Assembly (NCBI RefSeq): GCF_001194135.2
Contig: NC_069004.1
Coordinates: 22,780,334 to 22,844,333, forward strand
Source: Octopus bimaculoides
Taxonomy: Eukaryota
Direction of reading: 5' to 3'
DNA: 64,000 nt
In this document: piece after piece, positions 47,621 through 61,200 of the stretch
Layout: each line of letters begins with the position of its first letter
Numbering within the stretch: position 1 is the first letter of the stretch
The notes under the pieces: model-generated
Database searches by the model: none
What the model was told of the DNA's origin: nothing
Seen by the model: the letters and a program-made list of their open reading frames with translations, nothing else
Made by a program: the position numbers and the translations under genes

Positions 47621-50600
47621 CTTACTTACTTGCTTATAGCCGTCAGTCAATGTTGACGCTGACGTTGTCCTCTAGGGGTCTTATCCTACATTTTGTGAAT
47701 TGGTGGATGTGAAAACAGTCCGATCTTGGAATGGCATGCCCTTGAACACAAATGACAAGGGAAGTTTCCCATAATGTTGTTGGTGAGTCTGAGATGATGT
47801 CGATGTCTCTTTTCCTCAAGTTTCTTACATCAGATTAGTTCAAAGTGTGCAGCTCCTTCGTCACAGAGGGTGCACCAGGTTTGCTGGTTTCAAGCAAAGT
47901 GCTCAAGTTGCGCCGGTTGAATGTTGCAGGAATTGAAAACAAGCCTAAGATGGTCCCTGAACCTCTTCTTGGGTCCCCCGTGCAAGCGTATATCAGTTGA
48001 TAGCTCTCTGAAGAAGACCATTTTCGGGAGATGATTATCAGGCATCTTGATAACATGGCCAACCCATCTTAGAAGACAGTGTATGATGATGGCTTCAATG
48101 CTGGAAATTCCTGCTTGCCCAAGAATTTCTGTGTAGGGGACCTTATCTTTCCAAGTAATGTGTAAAATTTGTTGGAGACAATGAATGTGAAATGACTTTA
48201 GCTTCTTTAGATGATGGCAGTATAAGGTCCAGCATTTGCAGCCATACAGTAATGTTGAAATGACAACAGTGCGATAGACAGCAATCTTAGTGGCAAGTCT
48301 CAGATTTCTGTTTAGAAACGCTCGTTCTTGAAAGTGTCCAAAGGAGGAAGAGGCAAGGTTGATCTGTCATAGGATGCCAGCTTCAACATGTCCATTTTAT
48401 GATATGACAATGCCTAGGTAGATAAAAGAGTCAGCATTTGATTTATATATAGTTGTGTTGGTGGATGCTTTTGATTAAAAAACGTTTGCATGATCTTGGT
48501 TTTTTTTTTTATGTTGATGTCAAGACCTCGACGAGCATAAGCCCCACACATGGCGCTTAAGGGTCGCTGGAGTGGGGTTGTTTCATGAGCAGTAGCAGCA
48601 GCAGCATCTGCATATTGGAGCTCAAAAATCTTGCGATGTTGATGTCAGAATTTTCACTTTGAACCAGTGGGTGTTGAAAATACTGCCATCAAAGCAGTAA
48701 TGGATTCTTGTGCCATTATTGGGACCAACTTGGACCCAGAAGAGGAGAGTTACAGCTACTAGGTCGATGCTGAACAAAACGGGAGCAAGAACGCAGCCCT
48801 GTTTGACTCCCAGTTTAACATTGAATTGTTCTGTAGTGAAACCTCTCTCTCAGCCATTCAATCATAAATGATAACGAAGCTGCTAACATCTAGCCTTCGG
48901 TTGCCTTGGACCCTTCTGTCCATCATCCTGATTGGTTTTTATTTGCGCGGCAATTGTCCCCATGTTCTGCTTGCTAAGGGGGCATTACATCCAATCGTGG
49001 CTTTGGGATAAAGTCACGTGAGATAGAGTTTTTCTGGGTTTCCGGTGAGCCCTTTTTCACCTATAAATAAGCCCGATCCAACGACGGCAATCGTCTTCGA
49101 TTCTAGTTCTCTCACAGGTCTGGTCGCTGACCACACATATACAGAACACAGCTACAGCCAGTTCCAGCACCAACGTCTTCACCACCAATGTACTGTCTAC
49201 CATTGTCGTCGCCAGCAACACCAACATCAACAAGCTCGGTTTTATCTTGACACTGTTGAGTGGAATATTTTCCACTCACGAGCAACATTCAGAACTAACC
49301 AGCCAGAATATACCGTATCAGGTAAAATGGTCACAGCATCCGACGCTCAACACACATATTGTGATTCCACAGCTCTGCTACTTGGCCACAACTTCCTGCG
49401 TATGAACATTCTATCTCCTTGTGTAACTCTAATACGAACTGGTATTTCTCTATCTCAGTGTTTTAAGACTTTTTACAGTCTATGTTACAGACACTCTTTC
49501 TAGCTTCTGTGTTTCCTCTCATTCACACGCACACTTGTACTCTCACATATTGTACACACACTATTGTTTATACGACTGTCCATCACTTCACATTGTTGTA
49601 TAGATTCTCTTGTACACAAAGGCCTGATTTATCTAGTTTTAATTTTATATGTCGCATGCACGCACACACAGACAAATAGTTTCACTTTGTTAAATAAATT
49701 TATTCTCATTATATATCTAACGGTTGAGTTTGTCCTAAGTTCTTTTACTGGCACAATGGCTTGCGTATCTCACGATGAGCCTACTCTCTATATATATATC
49801 TTATTTTGTGTTTGACCGTGCAACATGGTAAAAAGGAGCCTTTTCCCATCTACGTCGCCATCTCCTTTGGTTCGCACGGTCGAAGTATTACAGTTCTAAA
49901 GATGTTCCACTGAGAGAGACTCTGGCTAGGATTCCATTGTGGAATTTTCAGATGATAGTAAAAGGGGTTGCAGGACAGCCAAATTTTGTAAGAAGTTTCC
50001 ATAAAATTCCATGATTAACAGTGTCAATCATGAAGTATTGTTCTCTGCATTTTTTGAGAAGTAAGCATGCAACAAATATCATATTAATTGTGCTTCATTC
50101 AGGTCTGAAACCACTTTGAGATACAGGGAGGATACACCCTGACACAAAGATGAGAAGATGGTGGAGAATAATGTGTGCAAGGATTTAGTCAGCCACATCC
50201 AGAGGAGGGATGCCTTTGCTGTTACCGCAGTTGGATTGGTCGCTTTTTCTTTTGTAAATGCAAATGATGTTGGCATTCTTCCAGCGCTCAGGAATTTTTT
50301 TATTTTTCCAGAAGAGACCTAGGAAAGAGTGAAGATATGACTTAAGTTGTGGTTCGCTGTATTTGTAAACCCCTTCAGGGACACCGCCTTCACCAAGGGA
50401 CTTCATATTTTTTAGGGAGTGCAGAGCCTTCAAGACTTTGTCAATTTATTCAATGATTGAAAGTTTTGGAAGCTCATCTAAAAACATATCATTTAGGTTG
50501 GCTCTGTTCAAGAGGTCTTGGCTCATTGTTCAAGGATCTTATCTTTTTCTTTAATTAGAGTAGTGCCATCAGCAGTATGGACAGGTGCAATTGGGCAGTG

Positions 50601-52500
50601 TGAAGGACCGAAGGTGTGTTTGATCAAGTCGTAGAATTCATAAGTTTTATTTTCGTCAGCAAAACATTGGATCTCTTTGGATTTGCAGAACCACCAGTCA
50701 TTCCGTGCTTCACAAAGTCTTCTCTGGGCATCATCCCTAAGGTTATGCCAGTTTGGGGCTTAGATACAGGAATGAGGATTTGCAAGGTGGGTGTTATGAG
50801 CACAGTTTTTTGCCTGCAAAAGGGGTTGGATGATGTCTGCAGATTCATTAAACCAATCAGGGTTCTTCTTGTGGGTTTTTCCAAGAGTGGTTTTTCCAGC
50901 AGTTTGTCAAATGACAGAGATCGTAGAGTCCCAGAGAGAATTGAGTTCATTCTGTTCAACCTTGATTTTTCTTATTTTCCATATTGCGATGCATTTCTTG
51001 TGGAACTGGAAGAGCTGAAAGAGCTGGGTAGGCAGTAGCAAGGTTTACTTGGAGCTCAATCTGTTTCATTGTGCTGGAAAGACTGGCCACATTGAGTTTG
51101 GAAAACACTTTGCTTTTTCTGGCCAGTGGGAGGATTTGAAGACATATATGTGCATGAATCATGTGGTGATCGGAACAAATTCTGCACCATGCATGGATTT
51201 GTTATGGAGGATATCTTTCTGATGATGTTGATGAACAATCATGTAATTGAGGAGATGTCACATCTTGGGTGTTTTCAGGAGAACTTGTATTTAATGAATT
51301 TACTGGAAAATGATGTTCGTAATCATGAGTTTGTGCTTAGCACACAGGTGCAAAAGGCAAAGACCATTGGTATTCATTTTGCTTGTCTCATGAGAACCGA
51401 GAACTTTGGGCCAGATATTTACATTGGAACCGACTCTTGCATTGAAGTCACCAAGAAAAATAAATTTGTCTGTGTGAGGTATCCTTCTCAAAGCCGAGTT
51501 AAGAGACTCGTAGAAGGCGTCTTTCACTTCTTCATTAGTGTCTAATGTGGGGGCATAGACACTGAGGATAGTGGCATGTACTTTGTTACAGAAGGGAATT
51601 TGGAAAGTCATCAGCTGTTCACTTATACCAGTTGGAATCAAAGAGATGTTCTTCTGTAATGACAAATGGATGGCAAATCCTAAACCATGAATTATATTTT
51701 TACTTTGAGGAAGGCCATTTCAGAAGTGTGTGTATCCCTCATCAGCCTCAGTGAGAGAGCCTTCATCAGAGAATCTTGATTCACTGAGTGCAGTGATATG
51801 CACATTGTATCATTTGAGCTCAGAGGTGATGAGTGTAGTCCTACGGTGAGGTTGACCGTGGTCATTACAGTCTATCAAGGTTCATATGTTCCAGGTGGCA
51901 AAAATGAGAGGTCTTGAGGATTTTCTTTTTAATCTTCAACCACAGTGTGGGATGGCCTGCTTGGTGCAGTTTCCTGGCCAAGCAAAAAAGAGCTGGTGTC
52001 TTTTAGACCACATTTTCTAGGCCCCTCCTCAGCTGAGGCAGGCAGTGTGAGTCCTAAAAAGGTACACCTAGACACACAGGTAGGACACCAATCGGTGCAC
52101 AGTCCCAGGGTCACATCAAGCTAGTTGTCTGGCATGTGCTGCCTACATGCAGGATCCAGACCAAGGGCTTCCGGCATCATCCAGTACCTGACCCCGTGAT
52201 CTGTTGCTCATTGCCATAGGACTTAATTGGGGAGATACCGGGATAAGAGGTGTGAGAACAAAGCAGTGGAGTTGTTTAGGTTGGTAATGGGAGCGCACAG
52301 TCCCATTTGCATGCACTTCACCCCCATCTAACCAATTTCCTCTACAAAATAGGGATAACAGTGGCCTGTTGGAGAAATGAGCCCCACAAGGTGGAGTGAC
52401 TGTTGCAGCAGGTGTCACTGGCCATTCTCTACAGCAATGCCATCATGGTCATTACTGTGGGGCACGGCTGGACTCACAATTTGTTCTGGGGTATTTAGCC
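47621..52500 (-). mobile_element. Near full-length RTE-clade (BovB-like) LINE, decayed and interrupted by a solo LTR
   Basis: APE domain (ATWNI; ILSVYAPTL; FLGDFNARVG), RT (GVKQGCVLAP), C-terminal CHLCSRACHSKIGLFSH, (AAGT)n tail at 47621-47635, GC-richer 5' UTR up to the gap. Confidence 0.93.
48832..49892 (+). mobile_element. Solo LTR (1061 bp), probably Ty3/Gypsy
   Basis: TGTAGT...ATTACA termini; 4-bp TSD GTTC at 48828-48831 and 49893-49896; TATAAATA at 49062; AATAAA at 49693; excision restores the RTE frame SGTSLEQFNVKLGVKQG. Confidence 0.9.
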
Positions 52501-53339
52501 CATCACCCTTCTCCCCCCNNNNNNNNNNNNNNNNNNNNNNNNNNNNNNNNNNNNNNNNNNNNNNNNNNNNNNNNNNNNNNNNNNNNNNNNNNNNNNNNNN
52601 NNNNNNNNNNNNNNNNNNNNNNNNNNNNNNNNNNNNNNNNNNNNNNNNNNNNNNNNNNNNNNNNNNNNNNNNNNNNNNNNNNNNNNNNNNNNNNNNNNNN
52701 NNNNNNNNNNNNNNNNNNNNNNNNNNNNNNNNNNNNNNNNNNNNNNNNNNNNNNNNNNNNNNNNNNNNNNNNNNNNNNNNNNNNNNNNNNNNNNNNNNNN
52801 NNNNNNNNNNNNNNNNNNNNNNNNNNNNNNNNNNNNNNNNNNNNNNNNNNNNNNNNNNNNNNNNNNNNNNNNNNNNNNNNNNNNNNNNNNNNNNNNNNNN
52901 NNNNNNNNNNNNNNNNNNNNNNNNNNNNNNNNNNNNNNNNNNNNNNNNNNNNNNNNNNNNNNNNNNNNNNNNNNNNNNNNNNNNNNNNNNTGGGGGTGAA
53001 TTCTTAGAAGCTCTTAAATACATCCAACAGTTAACACTCCCAGAATGGTAAGTACGAAATAAAAGAATTAATTTCTAATTCCAATCTTGACATAATTTTT
53101 TTGTTTTTCTTCAATTTTTCAAAAATTTGTTATTCTGCTATGAATTCGTTTATTGCTTTAACTCCTACTTCCTCTTTGAGAATTCTAAGAATTGTAGAAG
53201 GAGGTGGGGATGGGGAAACCCAAAATAATCAGAGGATAGTGATTGGTTGTTTTTGCAGGCGGGGGGGGGGGTTCATCCTGGAGCCTGGTTGTCCTGATGA
53301 AGTCATAGTGTGGCATGGGTGGCTGATGCATTGTTGTAG

Positions 53340-53660
53340 TTGTCATCTAATCATCATCATCATCATCATCATCCTCAGTGCTGTTATAACCATTGTCATC
53401 ATTTCAAATTAACTGTCATTGCCTTGTTTATCATCACCATCACTACTACCACCACCATCACCATCATCATCATCAATATCATAATCGTTATCATCATCAC
53501 CAACATTATTATTGTCATCACCAATATCATCATCACCAACATCACTGCCATAATCAACATAATTATAAACATCACCACCACCTTTATCGTCAGCAGCATT
53601 AGCTGTGACATTTTCCAACTATTACTACTACTACTATTACTACCACCACCAACCAGCAAG
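53340..53660. repeat. Compound (CAT/CAC/TAC)n trinucleotide tract
   Basis: Direct inspection. Confidence 0.9.
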
Positions 53661-55709
53661 CCAGCCAGTTAGTGAACATCTATATGGTTGTTCAACCTGC
53701 TAGAAATAGTGACCAGATCTTCCTCAAATCATACCATACTATCTTTAAAAAGTTAAAAACCAATCTGTAGCACTAAATACAAAGGGAAAAAAAGAGAAGA
53801 TGGTCTCAATGCATACAACTGCTTGATTAAGGTTTACCAAGGGTTAAACAACAATAACAACAATAATAGCACCATCATCATCATCATCATCAGCTTCACC
53901 ATGTACATCATCTAACCCATGACTCAACAATAATACTTAAACAGGATCTGATATTGCGTTATATAATAATGTTAGGGTTAAAGGTTGGTTTTAAATATCT
54001 CCTGTTTTTCTCTTCCACTCCTCCAAACACTTTTTGGCCAACAATAGAGTAGAGGAGAAGGTGAGTCTCTATCTGGTCATTTGATCTGCTAGAAATAGCA
54101 ACCAAATCACCATCTCAGCAACAGCATTATGATCCAAGTTTTCATTCGGAGTTACTGTGCTCTGAGACAAGTATATTTCCTTTTTGGCATGGTTTCTATG
54201 GTTAGATGCCTTCCTTAAACTTTATAGAGTGTATTGGGTGCAAATTTATCATAGCACTTTCACTAGAGAGGTTGTCATGTTCTTGGCCAGACTGAAGGGT
54301 CTTGTCAAACCTACATCATCTTTGTTCACCAATTATTTTACAGGGTGCTCTTAATTGTAGATTACCTTGGCTTCATCACTAATGAGATCAGATTGTATCG
54401 TCCAAGTTTAGAGTCCTCCTTCAACTGACACCCCATCAGCTTAAAAATAAAAGATCACATTGGTTAGTGAGTCCTGGACATCTGGAAGGAAAAAAGGACT
54501 ACTATGGCTGGAATACCTTTGATGACAGGTCTACTCAAACAGAGTTGACCAAGGGTTAAACAATAACAACAACCACACAACCCACACAGATACAACCAGC
54601 TTATGCTATTGTCTTCTGCCCTTGATAAATTGTCCGACATCTTTAAGATCAAGAACTCTCGCTCCTGTCAAAGAATAATAATTTACAATTTTAACCAATT
54701 TTGCCACCTCATCCTCCGTCTCATCATCACTATTCAACATCCATGTTCCATGCTAGTATGGATTGGATAGTTTGACAGGATGTGATGCGTCCAAGGACTG
54801 CATCAGGCTCCAGCATCTACTTTGACATGATTTCTACAGTTGGATGCCTTTCTTAACATCAACCATTTTACAGTGTGTGCTGAATGCTTTTCTGCACCAC
54901 TAGCTCTAGTGAAGATGAGATGCAGTTTGCAAGTCTATGAATCCCAAGGGGCCAACTTTGTGCTAGAAGATGAGGGGCCAATGATGGGTAAATGTAAGAG
55001 AGAAGGAGCTAGAGTGGAACAAGTTTCTTGCTGTAGTGGAACCACATGAAATTTATGAACACATTCCACATATCTCTACTACTGTTGCTCAGTGTAGGGT
55101 ACACTTTACTAGCCACTGCTGTCATGCTTAACAACAGGCCCTATCAGATGTTATATCTTGGAGATTTCCACATCCTCATAGAGGATGACGACCACTCATC
55201 TACACTAATGTTATTAAGAGAGACACATAGCATGAAATTGAAGTCCTGCCAAAACTAATGGGGGACAGAAGTACCTGGCATGAAGTTATGAAGCATCTTC
55301 CAAGAAGAAGAACATTTAATAGGTTTGATCATCAGTCACCATATTGCCAGGTGTATACATTGTATCTAACTGGGTTTCAACTAGGAATCTTTTTATCTCT
55401 GAACTAACACCAGTAACACTCTTATTCACTAGGTCACACACAGTACCTCCAAGACTCTTTCTGGGACCCAGGAATTGAGAAGAATGCTTTCAAAATTCAA
55501 GAAGGTTCTGAAGTTTTCTTTTTAGGGCAGATCCTAGAAGACCACTTTGGTTTTCAGCACCCCAGACCGATGTACAATCTGACCCTTCTTCTTATAGGCC
55601 CTGGCCACAGATATGCATTACTAACATAGTTTAGAAATAAAGGCTCTCTGTATAAACTTATAAACTTATCCTGGAATAAGATACTTGATGATGATCAGGG
55701 ATCAAATTG

Positions 55710-56120
55710 GTTGTGGAAAGAAGCTTGCTTCCCAATCACATGGTTCCAGGTTCAGTCCCACTACATGGCATTTTGGGTAAGTGTCTTCTGCTATAGCCTC
55801 GGACCAACCAAAGCCTTGTGAGTGGATTTGGTAGGCGGAAACTATAAGAAGACTATCATATATATATGTGTGTTTATATTTATGTGTATATCTTCACATT
55901 TGTGTTTGTCTTCCCCCACCCCCACCCCCACTTGACAACTGGTGTTGGTTTGTTTATATCCCCACAACTTAGCAGTTTGGCAAAAGAGGCCAATAGAATA
56001 AGTATTAGGCTTTAAAAAAACAAGTTCTGGTGTTGATCTGTTTGACTAAAACACTTCAAGGTGGTGCTCCAGTATGGCCACAGTCAAATGGCTGAAACAA
56101 GTAAAAGAATAAAAGAATAG
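55710..56120 (+). mobile_element. SINE family A, full length
   Basis: ggttgtggaaagaagcttgcttccc...gaaacaagtaaaagaataaaagaata. Confidence 0.85.
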
Positions 56121-56379
56121 GCACAAAGCCAAAACTTTTGTAGGGAGGGGGAGAAATTGTTGATTATATTGATCCTATTATTTGACTGGTTCTTTAGTTT
56201 ATTGATCTCGGAAGGATGAAAGACAAAGTTGACCCCAGCAAGACTTGAAATCAGAATGTAGAAGTACATAACTAAATATTCTGCATAGAATTTTGTTTAT
56301 CAGCCATTCTGTCAATTCCGACAATCCAAACACTCTTGTAAAAGTAAATTTAAAATTAAAATGTTTCCTCTTCAAAGAT

Positions 56380-57205
56380 GGTGTTCTATCCATCTTCTCT
56401 ACCCACTATTCCTGGGAGGATCACGGGAGGCACCTCCTCCATAGGATCCTGTCAGAAGCATCCATCATTAAACTCTCCCACTGGATTCTCAAGCATGACC
56501 GACTGAAACAATGGATATTATCTGACCATCTCATTCTTGGTCTACTCTTAGATCTCCTGCTGGATTGCTCAACTTGAAGAATCTATTTTGTGATTCTTTC
56601 CTCTGACATTGTAATCACATGTCTATAGTACCAGAAACTCCTGATCTTTGAATGATTCACCCTGCCTAGTGACATTACTCCAGAGAACCATTTCTGCTGC
56701 TTATGTTCACAGTTGTACTCATTCGGTCATTACCCAACTGACCATAGCTTAAGATAAACATGAAAACCAGATTGAAGAGAGCAACTTTGGCTTTTTACCC
56801 ACCTCTCCTCTTCTGCTTGCTTTCTAGACTTCAAGAAGGCATATGACTGCATTCCACAGGACATACAGTGGAGGGTTCGGCAGGAGTTTGGGATTATAAA
56901 CTGCTTCTTGTTGCTGTGAAACGCCCAGATGTTTGTTTGTGTAAATGATGCTAAGTTGAAACTTTTCAATGGAGGAGTTGGGCTTTAGCAGGGATGTATA
57001 GTGTCACCTCTCCTTTTCATTATTTTCATGAACTGGGTTGACATATGCAGTCAATGTGGGAGTGATATCACAATCAATGGATGTAGGATTACTTGGCTGA
57101 TATTTGCAGGCAACATGGTAATACTTGGCACACCAGAAGATGATCTCCAACGTGCACTGAATGGGTTTACTGGTGAGTGGTGTAGAAAAGGGATGAGATG
57201 GTACT
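56380..57205. mobile_element. RTE-clade LINE with inverted 5' segment (- 56380-56865, + 56870-57205)
   Basis: + piece: QGCIVSPLLFIIFMNW...LIFAGNMVIL...GMR; - piece: downstream region ending RPRMRWSD. Confidence 0.75.
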
Positions 57206-58089
57206 GATAGACTAAAAATGATATTAACTTATTAACAGCACATCTCAGTCATTTAAACATTTAACTAAAACAAAATTGGCTTTAACTGAATCCACCAACA
57301 CCACCAGGTTGTTGAGGGTCTTTAGCACAGTTCACTCTGTTGCAATATTTAGGGCTTGATTTCCAGTTTGAAGATAATTTCTTCACTCCTTACCACCAGT
57401 CTGAATAAATTAAGGACTATAGGGGTCACCTTCTCCTTCCTGACTAAGCAATGATAAAAATATGAAAAACAAAAGAAAGATACAGAGAGATGAGAATGAG
57501 GTGACTCAAAGATTCAGTGCCAGACAATGATTAAGAACTTTTGGACAATTTTAATGAACAAACATTGGAGCAAAACATTAAAGAAGACTGCAGATTATGG
57601 AGAATCTTCAAGAACTTTCACTGCTTCAATATGTCACCACCACCACCACCACTGTCACTATTTGAAGAAAAAACAACGTGGGAGATCTTGTTTTATAAGT
57701 TATGCCAGTGTATGTGCTTTTCTTCAGGGAGAGGAAGGGTGGTCCTTTACTTCCCTTTTTTTTTTCTTACAATTTTTTTTTTTGCTTTTTCACAAGTATC
57801 CAAGAACACTTGACCTCATACATTCCTGCTTCCACCATCTTCTTCTACATCTCTTCATCCAATAAAGTCATCAGTAAATGTACATCTGGCAGAGGTGGGA
57901 ACGGGGGGGGGGGAGAGTTATAAGGGAAGGAATTATATATGTTTGGATTATATCAACTGACTCATATTTCAGAAAATGTCAAGTGATTAGGTTAAAATAT
58001 GTTGGTCTGAAAAAAAATCTAATATCAAATATAATAGAGTGGTTGTATGTTGGTAATGGTTGGGAGAAGGGGATAATGGAGATGGGGGT

Positions 58090-58520
58090 GACAGTGGTGG
58101 TGGTGGGAGTAATGACAGTAATATCGGTGGTGGTGGTGGTGGTAGTGGTGGGAGTAGTGACAGTGATAGCAGTGGTGGTGATGGTGGTGATAATATCAGC
58201 TGTGGTGGTGGTAGTGGCTGGAAAAGATGATAATGGTGGTGGTGGTAGTTGTGACAGTGGTGGTGGTGATAGTGGTGTTAGTGGTAGTTATGTCTGAAGG
58301 TGGTGGTTGTAGTTGTAGTGCTGTTGTAGTTGTGGTGGTGATCATTGTGTTAATTACATTGGTGGTATTGGTAGTGGTGAGAGAGAGTTGTTGATGGTGG
58401 CAATAAAAATAATGATGAGTTTGAAATAGCAGTTTTAGTAGCAGTATTTGAAGTGGTAGAAGAGTTGTAATTTATGATGATGATGATGATGATCGTAGTG
58501 GTATTGAGACGGTAACTAAG
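58090..58520. repeat. Compound (GGT/GAT/GTA)n trinucleotide tract
   Basis: Direct inspection. Confidence 0.9.
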
Positions 58521-59487
58521 ATTGTTGTTGTTGTGAAAAGTTTCAGACCAATCTTGATCAGTTGTGTCTTTGATCAAAAGCATTGATGAGAACTATTCCA
58601 AAAGCAAATCCCAGTTCAACTGGACCAACATTTATGGACAATACAGATAAAGCAGATTGGTGAAAGGAAGGGCATCACATGTCTAAAGTCAATTGACTTT
58701 ATTTACCAAATCCACTGAAATTGTTGACATTGTTTTGTTCCAATGTTATGCTTTATTACAGAATATCATTGGACGCCTTCCTCTCACCAACCCTTACCTG
58801 TTTCCAAGCGAGGTAATATTTCCCCAGAGTCAGATGTTTTCGCAGAATATTGGAACTGAATGACATTCATATGCAACAACTATGTGATGCCAAGGAGACA
58901 CAAACATACACTCACAGTTGTACATGCATATATATATATATATATATATANNNNNNNNNNNNNNNNNNNNNNNNNNNNNNNNNNNNNNNNNNNNNNNNNN
59001 NNNNNNNNNNNNNNNNNNNNNNNNNNNNNNNNNNNNNNNNNNNNNNNNNNNNNNNNNNNNNNNNNNNNNNNNNNNNNNNNNNNNNNNNNNNNNNNNNNNN
59101 NNNNNNNNNNNNNNNNNNNNNNNNNNNNNNNNNNNNNNNNNNNNNNNNNNNNNNNNNNNNNNNNNNNNNNNNNNNNNNNNNNNNNNNNNNNNNNNNNNNN
59201 NNNNNNNNNNNNNNNNNNNNNNNNNNNNNNNNNNNNNNNNNNNNNNNNNNNNNNNNNNNNNNNNNNNNNNNNNNNNNNNNNNNNNNNNNNNNNNNNNNNN
59301 NNNNNNNNNNNNNNNNNNNNNNNNNNNNNNNNNNNNNNNNNNNNNNNNNNNNNNNNNNNNNNNNNNNNNNNNNNNNNNNNNNNNNNNNNNNNNNNNNNNN
59401 NNNNNNNNNNNNNNNNNNNNNNNNNNNNNNNNNNNNNNNNNNNNNNNNNNNNNNNNNNNNNNNNNNNNNNNNNNNNNNNNNNATATA

Positions 59488-59533
<46 letters not shown>

Positions 59534-59769
59534 TATGTATCAGCATATTTATATGTGTGTATGCACAAAGGGCTTCTTTCAGTTTCCATCTACTAACTTC
59601 ACTTATAAGGCTTTGATCAGTCTAGGGCTATGGTAGAAGACATATGTCCACGATGCCATTCCGTGAGATCAAATCTGAAATCATGTGCTTGAGAAGCAAA
59701 CTTCTTAATGACACACAACTACACCTGTCCTTATAGGTTATAAGTTGATCCAGCTGACCCCATTATTCC

Positions 59770-60520
59770 GTCCACAAGGTTACCTTTCATTTCATTATAC
59801 ACAGAATATTGTCTAATAAAAAACAAATCTAACTTTTACACAAACCATTTACTCCATTTAAGTAAATTTAGCAAGGCAACCTCACCCCCAGCATTAAGAA
59901 AAATTCTCAACAAACTCTATGAGAAAACATGGATGCAATTATAACTTGGTCCACACAGTTTGATATCATACACTACTACCTATCAAGCACAACAGACCCT
60001 TTTTTAATTAACCCTTATATGCCAATTTATTCTCATCTGTCTTCAAACATGATAAAAACATCTTTGATACCTGGAAATGTTTACACCATTTGATGACATT
60101 TGAATAAAAGAGAATCTCAATGGCATCTTTGTTAGCATGGGAAATTTTGACTCTGCAAAGTTAAGTGACTTTGTTGGTCTTTTCCTTCTACACAACATTC
60201 AAATTTCCAACCACAACAAAGATCTCTCCAGAAATGATGGACTCATGATCCTCAGAGCTGTGTCCTCTAGAGCTACTAATAAATTTTGAATGGATTAACT
60301 TACCTTTAAAAAAGATGATTTGAGCATGACAATGAATACAAGCATTAAATCAGAGAACTCTTTAGATTACCACATCAAGTTTATGCATTACAGAGTGATT
60401 GTAAGGAAGAAAAAAACTGAAACACATTCACATGAAAGAATGCAGCCATAATCAAACAGAATGAAAAGTACACGGTTGGCTCTTAAGCCCATCAGAGTTA
60501 TTTCCCTTGAACTGGTTCCT
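59770..60520 (+). mobile_element. Highly decayed LINE 3' fragment, possibly L1/Tx1
   Basis: Weak peptide similarity (RKKLKHIHMKECSH, zf-RVT-like). Confidence 0.35.
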
Positions 60521-60839
60521 TTTTTTTTTAGCCACTGATGTGTATGTTAGCATTTAGTAACAACATCTACCTCATCATTACGATATTTAATTCCAGGATA
60601 AAGAGAGTATAAGGGTGAGATGGGAATAAAGAGACAGACAGAGAGAGGTACAAGAACTGGGAGGGTGCAGGATGGGAGAGAAGTTGGGCAGGGTTTGTTT
60701 TAAAACGTAGTCATTTATAAGCAAATATGTTATAAGTGTGTGTGTATATAAATGCTGAATGTGAGAGAAATATTAACTTCTCATTTATGGTGTGGGAAGC
60801 ACTAGTGGGGAAGAGTCATCCCTTATACTTAGGATGCGC

Positions 60840-61200
60840 CTGACCACCTGGTTGATATATACTTGTGTCCGTGAGAACAGGAGGAAAAAACTTTACTTTT
60901 AGAGTTCAAGTAGTCCCCTACATAGGGGGAGTTCTTCAACATGATTCTTTTCTCTGTTAAAGTCTACACTTCCTACTACTGTTGAGGTATGGTCTGCACT
61001 TTTCAAAGTTCCCACTTGATGTTATATTGTGCAATGTTTTCTGTCAATATCCATAAATGTCTTGCCAATATTGTGACGTCACAGCTCTCCTGGATGTTAA
61101 AAGGGAATATGGTTGTTGAGCCTGGATTTGAAGGAGCCTTCTGTTGCACCCATATATTTCCATATATTCATTGCCTGATGAGACTACTTCCACCTCATGC
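60840..61200 (-). mobile_element. Penelope-like GIY-YIG fragment
   Basis: rc: YMGATEGSFKSRLNNH...ILARHLW...NIKWE...PYLNSSRKC; same type as 24924-25397. Confidence 0.75.

Noticed and set aside
49045-49503. 152-aa His/Gln-rich ORF
   Set aside because: It lies entirely within the solo LTR and has no recognisable domain.
57500-57900. Possible exons of a second gene (ORFs 57527-57865 and 57541-57813, strong pyrimidine tract at 57750-57796)
   Set aside because: No recognisable homology, and no consistent acceptor-donor pair with an open frame on either strand.
53340-58520. Complementary CAT/CAC and GGT/GAT tracts 4.5 kb apart as a long-range inverted repeat
   Set aside because: Only compositional complementarity, and such tracts are ubiquitous in this window.
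6170-59636. Long ORFs containing X runs or [12 protein letters not shown] and ERER repeats (6170-6979, 9354-10302, 12040-12733, 22086-22823, 52377-53051, 58830-59636)
   Set aside because: They are artefacts of N-gaps and dinucleotide microsatellites. Most gaps are flanked by (AT)n, indicating sequencing dropout.
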